Shown piece after piece: positions 1-11,095 of a stretch of DNA of 64,000 nucleotides. Where the stretch lies: positions 76,646-140,645 of IMG/VR virus record IMGVR_UViG_3300023184_000039. One strand, written 5' to 3'. Source of the DNA: a virus. Each line of letters starts with the position of its first letter. Within the stretch, counting starts at the first letter, position 1. Under the pieces are notes generated by a model that made no database searches, was not told the DNA's origin, and worked only from the letters and a program-made list of their open reading frames with translations. Position numbers and translations under genes: made by a program.

Positions 1-16
1 CGTAAAGAGTCTGGAG

Positions 17-880
17 ATGCGAAATGATGGGTACAAGTGCGCCATTGATAGAAAACTATACTCCTCAAAGGTCGATACATGCGCTGGTTGTGAGGGTGGC
101 TGTCACGGAACCAAGGGTCAGGTAACACTTCTGCATGCAGAGGGATATGCACAAACCCTTGTCAAGGGTAACATTATTGATTCTGGCTTTGTTCCTGAGG
201 CAGATATGTTTGCGGTAACAATACGCCGCAAGGATGCAAAAGTATTTGATATTTTCATCAATGGTGCAACTGGACAAATTCAGGGTCATCGACTAAACGA
301 TGATTTCTCAATCAGTTCAAAGAATGACTTGCTTTTGGTGACATTTGACGAAGCCGGAGATATTGCTGTAAAGACAATACCTGGAACTGTTGTGAGTATT
401 GAGCCAGATTCATTTGAAGGCGTTGACTCCTATGCTGTAGAAGTAGAAACAAAAGATGGAAAATCATACGATGTATTTGTTTCACTTGATGGCAACATTC
501 TTGGCTACGACAAGTACGAAGAAGAAGATATTGAGATGATTGAGGCCGAAGCCGCCGAGATAGCACTAAAGCGCGCCTTCAGCGAAGAAACTCGTCAGGA
601 GATGGCCGAAAGCGGTGGGGCATTACCAGACGGTTCGTTTCCAATCAAAACCGAATCCGACCTTAGAAATGCAGTATCTGCATATGGAAGAGCATCGGAC
701 AAGGCGGCCGCAAAAGCACACATTATCAAGCGAGCAAGAGAATTAGGCAAAGAAAACCTCATACCAGCAAATTGGGTAATGGGAGAGAAGTCAGAATTCA
801 TTGATGCCCTTGATGATGATTTCAAAAAACAACTACTTGAATTCCAACTTCTTAGCGAAGAGACATCGTCCAATAGTTAA
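17..880 (+). CDS. C-terminal part of a head-morphogenesis protein (probably prohead protease/scaffold; 5' end likely upstream of the window)
   Basis: PepSY-like repeats; C-terminal ALPDGSFPIK..DL.NAV.AYGRA motif of the kind seen in actinophage head proteins; lies in the head module. Confidence 0.45.
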   Translation: MRNDGYKCAIDRKLYSSKVDTCAGCEGGCHGTKGQVTLLHAEGYAQTLVKGNIIDSGFVPEADMFAVTIRRKDAKVFDIFINGATGQIQGHRLNDDFSISSKNDLLLVTFDEAGDIAVKTIPGTVVSIEPDSFEGVDSYAVEVETKDGKSYDVFVSLDGNILGYDKYEEEDIEMIEAEAAEIALKRAFSEETRQEMAESGGALPDGSFPIKTESDLRNAVSAYGRASDKAAAKAHIIKRARELGKENLIPANWVMGEKSEFIDALDDDFKKQLLEFQLLSEETSSNS

Positions 881-897
881 CGATAAAGCGAGTTCCC

Positions 898-3800
898 ATG
901 AAGGGTAAGAAAATAAAATCAACTCGTTTCATTCTTTCGTTCAAGGCTCTTGGACACTCACAGGAACGCATTGAGGAAATCACACATGACTTCCTTGATG
1001 GTGTTCGTCTATCAACCAAGGCTATTTCTAGGGGTGACGAAATACTGGTTAAGGGAATATCTGTTGGAAAAACCATAGGAGGGACTGGGGATGTTCCCAA
1101 AAAACAAGAGAACGAACTTCCTGGTGTAACAAATATCAACGGGTGGAAGTTTGAAAAGGCGGCAAAATATGCCCCTGGTAAAAAACTTCAGTTATTTCCA
1201 ACACAGCAACAAAGAAACTCCCCTTCCAAAAAACCAAACTTTGGCTGGATTGACGACGACACTCAAACATTCGGTTCCCCAGAAGAACTTGTCAACGATT
1301 TGCTCGCTAAGCCAAAAGTAGAAAAAAAAATATACAACGTTGATAAAGACGGTAACCCAACATCTGTATTTTGGGAAGAAGATAAAAAGGAAATAGAAGA
1401 AAAATCACTTGGTCGTTCAATACGAGAAATGAACCCCCGTGGTGGTTTGGCTCAACAGGCGGCGAGTCGCCTGAGAATAGTTGTTGATGACTTGGGAAAA
1501 TTTAGGTGCCCACCTGGGACACCGCAGGCAAATCAATTTACCGACAAATTGGGAACAACATGTTTTGCTGTCAGCGTAGACGAACTTGTTGGATTGGTCG
1601 AAGGGGCAATACAAAAGTTCCAAATGACTCCTAGTGGTCCAAAATTTGGAAATGTTTTAGAATCTCTTTCATCAAGGGGAACACAGGGAACTGGAAGAAT
1701 GGGGGAGTCACGAAGACTTGCCGAAGGTGCAAGCAGGTGGTTTTCTGGTGCCGTAAAACGAGTGGCAACTAGGCACAACAAAATTGATGCCAATGTCAAA
1801 CATCTTGAAGACACATTGGGAATTGGTTCAACGGATTTAGAGAGAGCAACCAATGCTGACCTAACCAAGATATTTCATACGCTCAAATCAAATGGACATT
1901 GGGATATTGAATATAGGGGTGGCATAAGCGATAAAAAACTTCAACCCCTTTTAGACCAAATGGGTCTTAGTCTTCAAGATTATAGAAAAACAGAACGGGC
2001 TTTTTTGTCTCGACTATTGATGGAATATTCGGAAAACCCAGAATTGGCAAAAAGAGTTGCAAGAATTTATCATGTTGGAGTCGGAACTTACAGAAACAAC
2101 AGTGGTCTAGAAGCAGCCACCGATTTACTCCTACCCCCCGTTGGGGCAAAAGATGTCAGGAGGGGAATGGAAGATGCAATAGATGCCAAATTTGAAATCA
2201 TGCTTGATGTAGGGCAAATGACTGGAGAGGCAACTAGGTTCAAGGGTCCAGAAGTGGTTTCCAAAAAACATCGCTGGGGTTTAACCGTATCTGGTGGTGC
2301 AACAGAAGAAGAGCGACAGGCTGCATTGCTTGACTATGTAAACAAACAAAACGATTTTTCAAATCGCGCATCGCATTTTGTTATGTTTGCCAGCAAAGAC
2401 AAACATGTGGGAAAAGGTTCCAATACCGCATCGCACGAATTAAATCATGTTCGTCAAGCAATGGCTGTTTTGCATAAAGCGCAAGAAAGTGACAAATTAA
2501 AAGGAAAGAAGTTATCCGAAATGACTTCTGGAGATTTGTGGGATGTACTTGTGGATTTAAATGACGATATTGATATGAGGGACTGGGAAAAAGTACGTAA
2601 AAATAAGGGATTGATTGATGTGCTTGGTGGTGACTACCCGCGTGAATATGATGAAAGGAGGAACGATGTTGGAACCCTTGAGTTATTGGCAGAAGTTGGT
2701 GCATTGCATGACTCTGGGGTAATTTCTGGTCAGGAAATTGAAGACTTTCTTGATGTGCACTCCGCTTGGCAGCGTCAAGACAGTTCCGTAAAAAGAGATG
2801 TTTCTAGAAAAAAAACAATGCAGGCAACACGAAAAAGGGTAAGTCAACCAAGTCGCAACAGTGAGGGTGTTCTTGATGTCCCCGTTTTTCCAGAATCCGA
2901 TGGTGCAACACGGCGTCGCCCCCCAAGAAGGAGCGGAAAAACATTTTTTGATAGTGATGGAACAAAAAAATATGCAGAAGAGCATAGAAAATGGGTGCTT
3001 AGCAAACTTACCGAAAGCGAACAAAAAGCAATAGAGCGTCTTGGAAGACCAGAATACGAAGATAGGGATATTGTAAAAATTACAAGGCTTTCATCAGTTG
3101 AGGACAGTATTAAAAGAATGGAACGAAGGCACAGAGAACTTGTTGATGTCGGTCTTGAACCAGACGGTCTTAGTGTCCACGAAGCATCGGTTTCACAACA
3201 ACTAGAACGAACACTCATACCCACCCTGACGGCACTTGACAAAAGTGACCTTCCAGACAGAATACAAATCGTTATTCCATCAGGCGAAAAATGGGACCAA
3301 TATGGTCATGCTGGTGCAATGTTAATGCCAGAATCGGTATCGTCGCACAACATCCTTGATAACGAAATGGCGATTGAGCCCGGAATGGTCATTCTTGACA
3401 CAAGCCCTGGAACGCGCGGTATATTCCATGCAGAAAAAAATGGCGGGTCTGTAATTCTTCCACCTTCAAAAATTAGACTTACACACCTAGATGCCGACAA
3501 TGTTTGGCATGCCGAAATTGTTGACCAAGAATCAAGCATGGATACCATCAATAGGCTTGAGGGATTACTCCCAACAAAAGCAAACGACAAAAGGAATGAC
3601 AAACTCATTGCTCGGGAGGTTGATTCCATCCGACAGGTAATTGACACCCATCGTAGTAATGCCGCAACTAGTAATTCCGGGATTCTTGGAGATGGCTTAA
3701 GCCATCCAGTTTTGGCTAGTCGGATACGAAAGAATAATACCGATGTGGTCAATTCAATACTTGATTCTGGTGGGAAACCGTTTGACGGACCCGAACAAAT

Positions 3801-5028
3801 AGGTTCGGATTTACCAGACTGGCTAAAAAAGCAACTGTTTGACAAAAGCAAATTTCAAGAATTAATAGATGGCTATTCAGATGACGATGTTTCCAGTGCC
3901 CTTGATAATGCCGCACTTGACCTCCACGAAGGATTTGACCGTCGCGTTCGTGTCAGAATGGGTGACGATGGCTTGAACTCACTGTTGTCTGGAAATACAG
4001 TTGCTGCCCCAAAACTAACAGGCTCTCGAGCGATGATGCAAAGGAGATTCTTGGCATCAAACGGAATCACCGAAGATGCAAAACCAGACACACATCCAGT
4101 TCGTGGATATGTAGCGCATGACGTGCACGAGGATAAAGTTTCTGAGTTACTCAAGATGCAAGGAATTGTCACTGGTGATGCTCCAATAGAGTTTGATTCA
4201 TCCAACCACCCCTATGGCTCCGTTGGTGCCGATGGGGATATAGAGGTATTGTTGCGACCAGAAGTTTCTGGAAGAACTGCGTACTCGCTTGGCAGAGGTA
4301 TTGATAATGACAAAAAACCAGTGTGGATGAATTCCGATGATATGTCAGCCATATCGGAAGCATTGCTTCCAGTAGCAGAAAACAGAAAAGACAACACTGC
4401 TGGTATTTCAAATGCACTAACAGCACATCTTGATAATGACCTAAGTGCAATGAATAACATGAAGGTCGTAAAACCAAATGCCAAGAAACCTTCCTACCAG
4501 GAAGAGATGGCAGATGCCAATTTCTCTGGTGGACAACCATACGGGGCGCACATTTTGGGTGGTTTTAATAGGGATGATGTTGCAGAAATTAGACACCCTT
4601 GGAGCAAAATTGAGAAGTCGTCAACAGATGTTGATATTAGTGATGTTGCTCAAAAAGAACCAATTTCGGAAAAATTAACTCGTCTTGGTTACTCGGAAGA
4701 AGAGATTAATTACTTCTACTCACTCAATGGTCGGAATGGAACAAGTGGGATAAATACTTCTGCCATGAAGCAATTGCGAAATTATAGAAAAAGCCAGACC
4801 GTAAAAAGCGACTACGAAAAAATGGGTGTTCCGAGTGTTTCTTTCCCACAGAAGCATGGGCTTGACATGCACTCCCCTAGTTCTTATTCCACCAACCCAT
4901 CTGACCGAGGGAAAACAGTGGAGGCAGTACTGTCAAAACGCATTGAGCAAGAAATGGATGCCGAACTTGATGCAACAATGAAAAAGATACAAAAAGCAAG
5001 AGCTGAAATGGTTGGGGTTGGTTCGTGA
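898..5028 (+). CDS. Large multidomain head-associated protein (zincin HExxH, degenerate ART-like segment, DUF3626-like C-terminus)
   Basis: 1376-aa ORF; SHELNH...ELLAE; RCPPGTPQANQFTD motif; HPVRGY..PYG..DIEVLLRPEVSGRTAYS..AHILGG. Confidence 0.5.
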   Translation: MKGKKIKSTRFILSFKALGHSQERIEEITHDFLDGVRLSTKAISRGDEILVKGISVGKTIGGTGDVPKKQENELPGVTNINGWKFEKAAKYAPGKKLQLFPTQQQRNSPSKKPNFGWIDDDTQTFGSPEELVNDLLAKPKVEKKIYNVDKDGNPTSVFWEEDKKEIEEKSLGRSIREMNPRGGLAQQAASRLRIVVDDLGKFRCPPGTPQANQFTDKLGTTCFAVSVDELVGLVEGAIQKFQMTPSGPKFGNVLESLSSRGTQGTGRMGESRRLAEGASRWFSGAVKRVATRHNKIDANVKHLEDTLGIGSTDLERATNADLTKIFHTLKSNGHWDIEYRGGISDKKLQPLLDQMGLSLQDYRKTERAFLSRLLMEYSENPELAKRVARIYHVGVGTYRNNSGLEAATDLLLPPVGAKDVRRGMEDAIDAKFEIMLDVGQMTGEATRFKGPEVVSKKHRWGLTVSGGATEEERQAALLDYVNKQNDFSNRASHFVMFASKDKHVGKGSNTASHELNHVRQAMAVLHKAQESDKLKGKKLSEMTSGDLWDVLVDLNDDIDMRDWEKVRKNKGLIDVLGGDYPREYDERRNDVGTLELLAEVGALHDSGVISGQEIEDFLDVHSAWQRQDSSVKRDVSRKKTMQATRKRVSQPSRNSEGVLDVPVFPESDGATRRRPPRRSGKTFFDSDGTKKYAEEHRKWVLSKLTESEQKAIERLGRPEYEDRDIVKITRLSSVEDSIKRMERRHRELVDVGLEPDGLSVHEASVSQQLERTLIPTLTALDKSDLPDRIQIVIPSGEKWDQYGHAGAMLMPESVSSHNILDNEMAIEPGMVILDTSPGTRGIFHAEKNGGSVILPPSKIRLTHLDADNVWHAEIVDQESSMDTINRLEGLLPTKANDKRNDKLIAREVDSIRQVIDTHRSNAATSNSGILGDGLSHPVLASRIRKNNTDVVNSILDSGGKPFDGPEQIGSDLPDWLKKQLFDKSKFQELIDGYSDDDVSSALDNAALDLHEGFDRRVRVRMGDDGLNSLLSGNTVAAPKLTGSRAMMQRRFLASNGITEDAKPDTHPVRGYVAHDVHEDKVSELLKMQGIVTGDAPIEFDSSNHPYGSVGADGDIEVLLRPEVSGRTAYSLGRGIDNDKKPVWMNSDDMSAISEALLPVAENRKDNTAGISNALTAHLDNDLSAMNNMKVVKPNAKKPSYQEEMADANFSGGQPYGAHILGGFNRDDVAEIRHPWSKIEKSSTDVDISDVAQKEPISEKLTRLGYSEEEINYFYSLNGRNGTSGINTSAMKQLRNYRKSQTVKSDYEKMGVPSVSFPQKHGLDMHSPSSYSTNPSDRGKTVEAVLSKRIEQEMDAELDATMKKIQKARAEMVGVGS

Positions 5029-5432
5029 ACGGTGTTCTTGTTGCCAAATCTGGGGGAAGTTCTGTCTACTTTATTGTTGACCAAAATATAGGTAGAGATG
5101 AGACTGGTGCTGTTATTGGGTCGGATGGGATTGTTTATTCTGTTCCATTCTGGGACTGGGTTAATTCAAAACACGACCTTACCGAGTTGAAGGGGAGCGA
5201 ATTCCTTCAATTGCTTTGGGGGGAACCGTCTGCCAAAGATGAGAAACTATGGCTTGATATTTTTGTCAATGGGGCAGTTCCAATAACACAAGACATACTC
5301 GGTGACACTGAAATCATGCCACTACAGGGAAAAAATGTGAAACAAAAACCCAAAGAAATCCTAAAGAAGCAGCGTGATACTATTAATATTCAAACGAAAA
5401 TAGCCAAATTAATACTGAGCATAGGAGAATAG
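5025..5432 (+). CDS. Hypothetical protein
   Basis: 135-aa ORF with GTGA overlap to the upstream gene. Confidence 0.7.
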   Translation: MNGVLVAKSGGSSVYFIVDQNIGRDETGAVIGSDGIVYSVPFWDWVNSKHDLTELKGSEFLQLLWGEPSAKDEKLWLDIFVNGAVPITQDILGDTEIMPLQGKNVKQKPKEILKKQRDTINIQTKIAKLILSIGE

Positions 5433-5435
5433 ATT

Positions 5436-6077
5436 ATGTCTGAATACGAGGTAAAACTTGACCCATTGGGCGGGTTGCTCCCACAGGAACTAATTAGCGG
5501 CGATGTATTGCACGGACATGGCCCACGTCGAGGAAACCTTGAGAGACTTCTTCGTTACTGGAGACCAATTATGAGAAAGGAGGGTGGTTTCCGTCGCTGT
5601 CGAGTCATCCTTGCTAATCACCCCGAACTTTATCCATTGGAAAGAATCTGTGCATGGCTTCACCATGAAACAACTGGGCTATGGCCGAATGAGGGTTGTC
5701 ATCATCCAGGCATGAAAAATTGCAGGGGCAAATTACGCAAGCACAACCTATCTGGTGCCGCACTTGCTAGAGCACTAACACCAGGAAACAAAAAGAAATC
5801 ACTACTTGATTCTGATGTTTTTTTTGCTGAATGGTTGGGCGATAGCTACGAGGATACACCAATGGTTACTGTTTCTGACTTCATGCATGCAACAGATGTT
5901 CTTGCAGAATTTATGGAAATGGAATCCGAATTTATTAAGGAATTACGCAATTACGAAAATTGGGAGATGGACGGAGAAACGATTGATGGGGTAAAAGTTA
6001 AGTCGCTTCCCTACGAATCGCAATACGACCTTGATTGCTGTGGTGGATTAGATTTACTTGGCGGGAGATATGAGTAA
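5436..6077 (+). CDS. Phage head-module protein with Cys/His cluster
   Basis: GGAGA RBS; GNLERLLRYW..FRRC..ICAWLHHETTGLWP. Confidence 0.6.
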   Translation: MSEYEVKLDPLGGLLPQELISGDVLHGHGPRRGNLERLLRYWRPIMRKEGGFRRCRVILANHPELYPLERICAWLHHETTGLWPNEGCHHPGMKNCRGKLRKHNLSGAALARALTPGNKKKSLLDSDVFFAEWLGDSYEDTPMVTVSDFMHATDVLAEFMEMESEFIKELRNYENWEMDGETIDGVKVKSLPYESQYDLDCCGGLDLLGGRYE

Positions 6078-8058
6078 AGACAACAGAAAAGCACTAACTA
6101 GAACCAGAATCATTCTAGGGAAAGCAGACCACAATACCCCCAACAATATTCTTCGTTTATATGCTCCCAATAAAAAAGAAATTATGCAATTTAAAGCCAT
6201 ATCTTTAGTCACCGGGTACAGCAGAAAGAATAGAAATGAGTATCAGAAAAAAGTTCTAGGACAGACATTGCTGACTCGTGCAATACCAGGAGATTCGGAT
6301 AGGTTTCGTTCCCCAATTCGTTCTGCTGCATGGCGTGCCGCGACTCCCGGAAAGCCTGGTGTTGGTGGCTCGCTACCAGGAGAGAATCGGGCCAGCAGAT
6401 GCCCTGAGGGATATCAGTACGGGGGTCGTTTTACAAATTCCCAACTATCAACATGTGGTGCAAAATTGTTTGATATCCCAAGCGCTATTGGTCTAAGTAT
6501 TTCTGCCCTTAAGAAAATAGGAAGAAGTTTAACGACAAAACCGCAGGTAGCAAAACCATTAACACCAGGCGAGTATGGGGAAATACAACAGGGGAGACAG
6601 CCAGTTATTCTGATTCCCAAGGTTGCTGGTGTGAGTCGTGCTGTTCGTACTGCTAAAGCGGCATCGCTGGTTACCGAAATGGGAAATTCAAATGGCAGAT
6701 TTACAAGAATGGTTCGCAGGGATGGATTTACTCTACAGCCAGTTGTCCCTGCTTCGGTACTAAGAACCATTCCCGACAACAGGGACATGGAAGGCGCTCA
6801 CTATATTCAATCGGTAATGGGGCAATCAGAAATGGGTGGAGAAGAACTTGGTCTTTTGTCAAACACGGGAATACAAAAATTAACATATGTTTTGCCTGGT
6901 GGTTCAAATATCTCCCTTGAAAAAGTTAGAGAGTTGACAGTTGGTGAAAGAAGAAAGCTTGGAAGAACGGTTAATACGGCAAACTCAATTTCAATAGCAA
7001 ATGACCCAGCAGCACGACTGAAGTATGTTGCCAATGAAACTGGTGACGGCATGGGTTATACGGAAAATTTTGTCAACATCAGAAATCCTCACCAAATTGT
7101 TGGGGATGGCGCAAAGACACGCGAGAAATGGGTTAATGAGGTTTTTGGTGTAAGGGGAAATCGCCGAATGAAGCCAATGAACTCATCAAATATGTCAACA
7201 CGTGAAACGGCATCAAATGCTCAATCTGGACAAAAGATAACATCAATTGATGCCGCAATGAATCACCTAAATGAAGGTGGGACGCTATCCGACATAAGTC
7301 CAAAACTCCTTGCACAGATTCTTTCCGAGGGCGCATTTTCAAAAGAGAACAAAATAAGCGCATCTTCGTCCATTGTTGAATTAGGAAACAGAAAATATAT
7401 CTATAACAAGAAACCAGGAAAATTTGAGGCGATTTCAGAACGGTTCTCTGAAGATATGCAACAATTTCTTGGCTTGGAATCACCAGACATTTACCTTGTT
7501 GGGAACGGCGATAATCGCAAGTACCTGAGAGAGGATGTGGAGAGTGCACTGATTGGGGCACGAATACAGAGAGATGCAACATGGTCATCCTTTGCTCCAG
7601 GCGATATTGCCAAGTTGCTTGTGGCCGACCTTGTAACTGACCAGCGAGTAAGGACTCCGGATTCTGTCGTTGCAATGAAGATTGGTGACAGAACAGTACC
7701 AATGGCATCAATGAATATCTCTGGGTCGCTCATGGATTTGGATAAAATAGAAATTTCCAAACGTCAAAAATTGGTCATAGATAAACTTCTTTCGTCAACC
7801 CTAATGACTGAATACTCTCGTTATTATCAGCAACTAAAAATTAACGATAGAGTGCTGATGAGAAAGCAAATCTCCACACTTCTTGCACGCGCCAAAAAAT
7901 TCAATACAGAACAATACCGTCAACGCCTATTCGCCGATGGTCTTAGCGAAGGTGAAAAAATCCATGTAAATATGTTGGCAAAACTATTTGAAGCCAGAAT
8001 AAACACGCTTGAAAGAAGCGGTCAACTTATTAAAAAGTATCTTGAGGGTGCACAATAA
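6070..8058 (+). CDS. Head-module protein with degenerate HipA/PI3K-like kinase C-terminal domain
   Basis: ATG at 6070 after GGGAGA; RCPEGYQYGGRFT..TC motif; ISERF..FLGLESPD..LLVADLVTDQRVRTPDS resembles a HipA-like fold with catalytic residues altered. Confidence 0.45.
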   Translation: MSKDNRKALTRTRIILGKADHNTPNNILRLYAPNKKEIMQFKAISLVTGYSRKNRNEYQKKVLGQTLLTRAIPGDSDRFRSPIRSAAWRAATPGKPGVGGSLPGENRASRCPEGYQYGGRFTNSQLSTCGAKLFDIPSAIGLSISALKKIGRSLTTKPQVAKPLTPGEYGEIQQGRQPVILIPKVAGVSRAVRTAKAASLVTEMGNSNGRFTRMVRRDGFTLQPVVPASVLRTIPDNRDMEGAHYIQSVMGQSEMGGEELGLLSNTGIQKLTYVLPGGSNISLEKVRELTVGERRKLGRTVNTANSISIANDPAARLKYVANETGDGMGYTENFVNIRNPHQIVGDGAKTREKWVNEVFGVRGNRRMKPMNSSNMSTRETASNAQSGQKITSIDAAMNHLNEGGTLSDISPKLLAQILSEGAFSKENKISASSSIVELGNRKYIYNKKPGKFEAISERFSEDMQQFLGLESPDIYLVGNGDNRKYLREDVESALIGARIQRDATWSSFAPGDIAKLLVADLVTDQRVRTPDSVVAMKIGDRTVPMASMNISGSLMDLDKIEISKRQKLVIDKLLSSTLMTEYSRYYQQLKINDRVLMRKQISTLLARAKKFNTEQYRQRLFADGLSEGEKIHVNMLAKLFEARINTLERSGQLIKKYLEGAQ

Positions 8059-8906
8059 TGAAGTATTCAGTTGTCTATGATGTTGTGAGAAACGAACCCT
8101 ATGCCGTCATCATTGATGTCAAAGGCAAGAAAATTGCATACGGAATCAATGCCCATTCAAAATCATGGGCGATGAACGTGAATGCCTATTCAAATAAAGA
8201 TATACCCCTCCCAATTGGGATGAATTTCAGTAAATCAATATTACTAAATAGTGAAATGCAAAAACAATTTACCGAAGCCTTTGGCGAGATGCCACAGCAG
8301 AGCAGACGACTCTCAAGACGTGTCAAAATGTTATTGCGAGAAGAATCAGAAATACCACAACCCACCGAATTTATTTTTGGAGTTAGTCCAGACAATCTGA
8401 ACAGAAAGTCTCGTGACAAGAAACAAAACCGTGGTAAGGCTACGGAAAGAAAGGTTTATCCGATTCTTGCAGCAAAACAAAAACAACTCTTTCACAATGC
8501 CTATCTAAAAAAAGCCATCGGATTTGATTCAATTCAAGAAGAAAAATCCGTTACTTCAATTGAGACCAAATCGGCCAAGCCAATCAGGAACCCAAAGGGT
8601 GGACTGACTGCTGCTGGTAGGGCACATTTCAAACGCACAGAGGGTGCGAACTTGAAACCAGGTGTTAAGGGTGCCGCTGATACACCAGAAAAGATGAGAA
8701 GAAAGGGTTCTTTCCTTACCCGTTTTTTCACCAATCCATCTGGACCAATGCAGGACGAAAAAGGAAATCCAACACGACTTGCCCTAAGTGCAAATGCATG
8801 GGGTGAACCAGTTCCCAAGAATGCATCTGATGCTGCGCGCTTGGCAGAAAAGGGACGCAATCTTCTAAAAAGATACGAAAATTCAAAAAAGAAATCAAAA
8901 GACTAG
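8058..8906 (+). CDS. DUF6321-like domain protein
   Basis: C-terminal KGGLTAAGR..GANLKPGV..RRKGSFLTRF..PTRLALS. Confidence 0.55.
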   Translation: MKYSVVYDVVRNEPYAVIIDVKGKKIAYGINAHSKSWAMNVNAYSNKDIPLPIGMNFSKSILLNSEMQKQFTEAFGEMPQQSRRLSRRVKMLLREESEIPQPTEFIFGVSPDNLNRKSRDKKQNRGKATERKVYPILAAKQKQLFHNAYLKKAIGFDSIQEEKSVTSIETKSAKPIRNPKGGLTAAGRAHFKRTEGANLKPGVKGAADTPEKMRRKGSFLTRFFTNPSGPMQDEKGNPTRLALSANAWGEPVPKNASDAARLAEKGRNLLKRYENSKKKSKD

Positions 8907-8913
8907 GTAAATT

Positions 8914-9552
8914 ATGAAAAAAGAAACAGAAGAACAGGCATATGCACTGAGAATGGCAATCCAACTTGGGTGTGCTGGTGCCCATAAGGGTCCAGATGGC
9001 AAATGGATGCCGTGTAAAGACATGTCCGAAATGGAGCGACTGTCAAATGCCGCCGAGGAATCGTCATGGACTAATGACAACTCAATTTCTTCCCTAAGAC
9101 GCAGGGAGCAAAGTGCGAGACTTTACGGGAAATCGGCTCTCATGGAATCAATTGAAAAAGGGAAAAAGCGCAAACCAAAAAAGAAGGGATGGGAAAAACT
9201 TACCGAGAAACCACTTCCCGTTGGGGGCATTGGAACACTCCCCAGTGGGGGCTTGTATGGCATGACATCAAAGGGTTTGGCTGTACCCATCTCGGCGCCA
9301 CGTGATGCCGACCCAGATGTTTTTTCTGACCCTGATTCGGCACGGATGCGAGCCAGACAACTTGACTGCATCGGCATAAGTCGAAGGGTTTCAAGGAGCG
9401 GGAAAACGATATGGACACCCTGCACCAATATGAGCGACTATGCAAGGTCTGCCGGAACAACGGCATTGGGCAAAAAAAACAAGAAAGAAAAAGAGCGCAG
9501 GGTGGTCAGAACAATCGTTAATGAGGAACTAAAAAAACGTACAAAACGGTAG
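8914..9552 (+). CDS. DUF3721-like repeat protein
   Basis: Two A..L(G/D)C.G...W.PC repeats. Confidence 0.5.
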   Translation: MKKETEEQAYALRMAIQLGCAGAHKGPDGKWMPCKDMSEMERLSNAAEESSWTNDNSISSLRRREQSARLYGKSALMESIEKGKKRKPKKKGWEKLTEKPLPVGGIGTLPSGGLYGMTSKGLAVPISAPRDADPDVFSDPDSARMRARQLDCIGISRRVSRSGKTIWTPCTNMSDYARSAGTTALGKKNKKEKERRVVRTIVNEELKKRTKR

Positions 9553-9668
9553 TTTGCATTAGTTCCCCTGCGAATGGCAAATCATCTGCTATTTTTGATA
9601 TACATCGGTTGGGTGCTTACCTGAGCTGACTCTAATAACCAACATTCCAACAACTAAGGAAAAATATC

Positions 9669-10970
9669 ATGGCACAGGAAAATTTGAAGGAGCTCCAAGG
9701 AGCACTTCGTCAAAAAATGGCAGACAATAAGTCAATCGCCGACTCGTTCAAGGTCGAAGAGGGCACAGTTGTCATTAACCAAAAGCAGAAGTCAGCTTTT
9801 GATGCAAACATGAAAGACATCAAAGAACTCAAGGGTTTGATTGATGGCATGGAAGCAATGGAGCAAGTTCAGCAGTGGGGCGCACAAGCATCAGACACAT
9901 CTGTTGCAGCAGCCGCAGCCGCTGGTTACTCAATCCCTAAGCAACAACTTGAATCAATCGGCGAGTCATTCTTGGCTTCAGCTGAATTCAAGGCTCTTGC
10001 TGGTGGTCGTAACGGCGCAAACATGCCAGCACCATTCCAGTACAACGGAAGATTTGATACCCCTGGTGGTTACAGCCAAAAGGACGCTTACACAGCAATG
10101 CCAAGCGGCTTTCCAACACAGTTCGGTTCAGTTCAACGTGACCCAATCGTTATCCCACCACGTCGCACAAAGCGAGTTCGTGACCTATTCCCAGTTCGTA
10201 CGACCACATCGGCAATCATTGAGTATTTCCGCATGACTGGTTTCACCAACAACGCAGGCATGGTTCCAGAGCGCAACGGCGATACATTTGCCGCGAAGCC
10301 ACAATCAAGCATGACGTTTGAAGGTGTTCAGACATCGACACGGACAATGGCACACTGGGAAGCAGCACACAGAAATGTTCTTGCTGACGAACCACAGTTG
10401 CGTTCAATCATTGACAACGAGTTGATGTACGGTCTTCGTCTCCAAGAGGATTACCAAATCCTTAACGGTGACGGCAGTGGAGAAAACCTTCAGGGCATTT
10501 TGACCACTCCTGGCATTCAGACCTACAACTGGTCAATGGGTGCAACCTTGCCAGTCAAGGACACCAAGGCCGATGCAATCCGTCGTGCTGCAACCCTCTC
10601 CTTCTTGGCTTACTACGAGCCATCTGGTGTTGTCTTGCATCCAAACGATTGGGAAGACATCGAAATGACCAAGGACAGCAACGGTCAGTACCTGATTGCA
10701 GTTTCGGTTGCATTGGGTGGAGAACCAAAGGTATGGCGCTTGCCAATCGTTGAGACTCCAGCAATGACTGAAGGAGTTGCTCTTATCGGTTCATTCGGTC
10801 AGGGTGCACAAATCTACGACCGTGAGCAGGCCAGCATTCGCATTAGCGAACAACATGCTGACTTCTTCATTCGCAACGCAATCGTCATCTTGGCCGAGCA
10901 ACGTCTCGCCCTTGCTGTCAAGCGTCCAGAGTCGTTTGTGAAACTAACCTTCAATAACGCACCTGCTTGA
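9669..10970 (+). CDS. Major capsid protein (HK97 fold)
   Basis: AAGGA RBS; N-terminal coiled-coil delta domain; ILNGDGSGENLQGIL, VLHPNDW, FIRNAIVILAEQRLALAVKRPESF. Confidence 0.95.
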   Translation: MAQENLKELQGALRQKMADNKSIADSFKVEEGTVVINQKQKSAFDANMKDIKELKGLIDGMEAMEQVQQWGAQASDTSVAAAAAAGYSIPKQQLESIGESFLASAEFKALAGGRNGANMPAPFQYNGRFDTPGGYSQKDAYTAMPSGFPTQFGSVQRDPIVIPPRRTKRVRDLFPVRTTTSAIIEYFRMTGFTNNAGMVPERNGDTFAAKPQSSMTFEGVQTSTRTMAHWEAAHRNVLADEPQLRSIIDNELMYGLRLQEDYQILNGDGSGENLQGILTTPGIQTYNWSMGATLPVKDTKADAIRRAATLSFLAYYEPSGVVLHPNDWEDIEMTKDSNGQYLIAVSVALGGEPKVWRLPIVETPAMTEGVALIGSFGQGAQIYDREQASIRISEQHADFFIRNAIVILAEQRLALAVKRPESFVKLTFNNAPA

Positions 10971-10987
10971 TAATTAGATAACAGGTT

Positions 10988-11028
10988 ACAAAACCCCCGT
11001 GTCACACGTTGTGGCATGGGGGTTTTGT
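10988..11028 (+). terminator. Intrinsic terminator after the capsid gene
   Basis: ACAAAACCCCCGTGTCAC / GTGGCATGGGGGTTTTGT stem, followed by T-rich sequence. Confidence 0.85.
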
Positions 11029-11095
11029 TGTTTACCCACTTCCTCCATTCTCAACTTAGATGTGGGAGACTGTAGTTACCTAAAAAGGAACAAAT

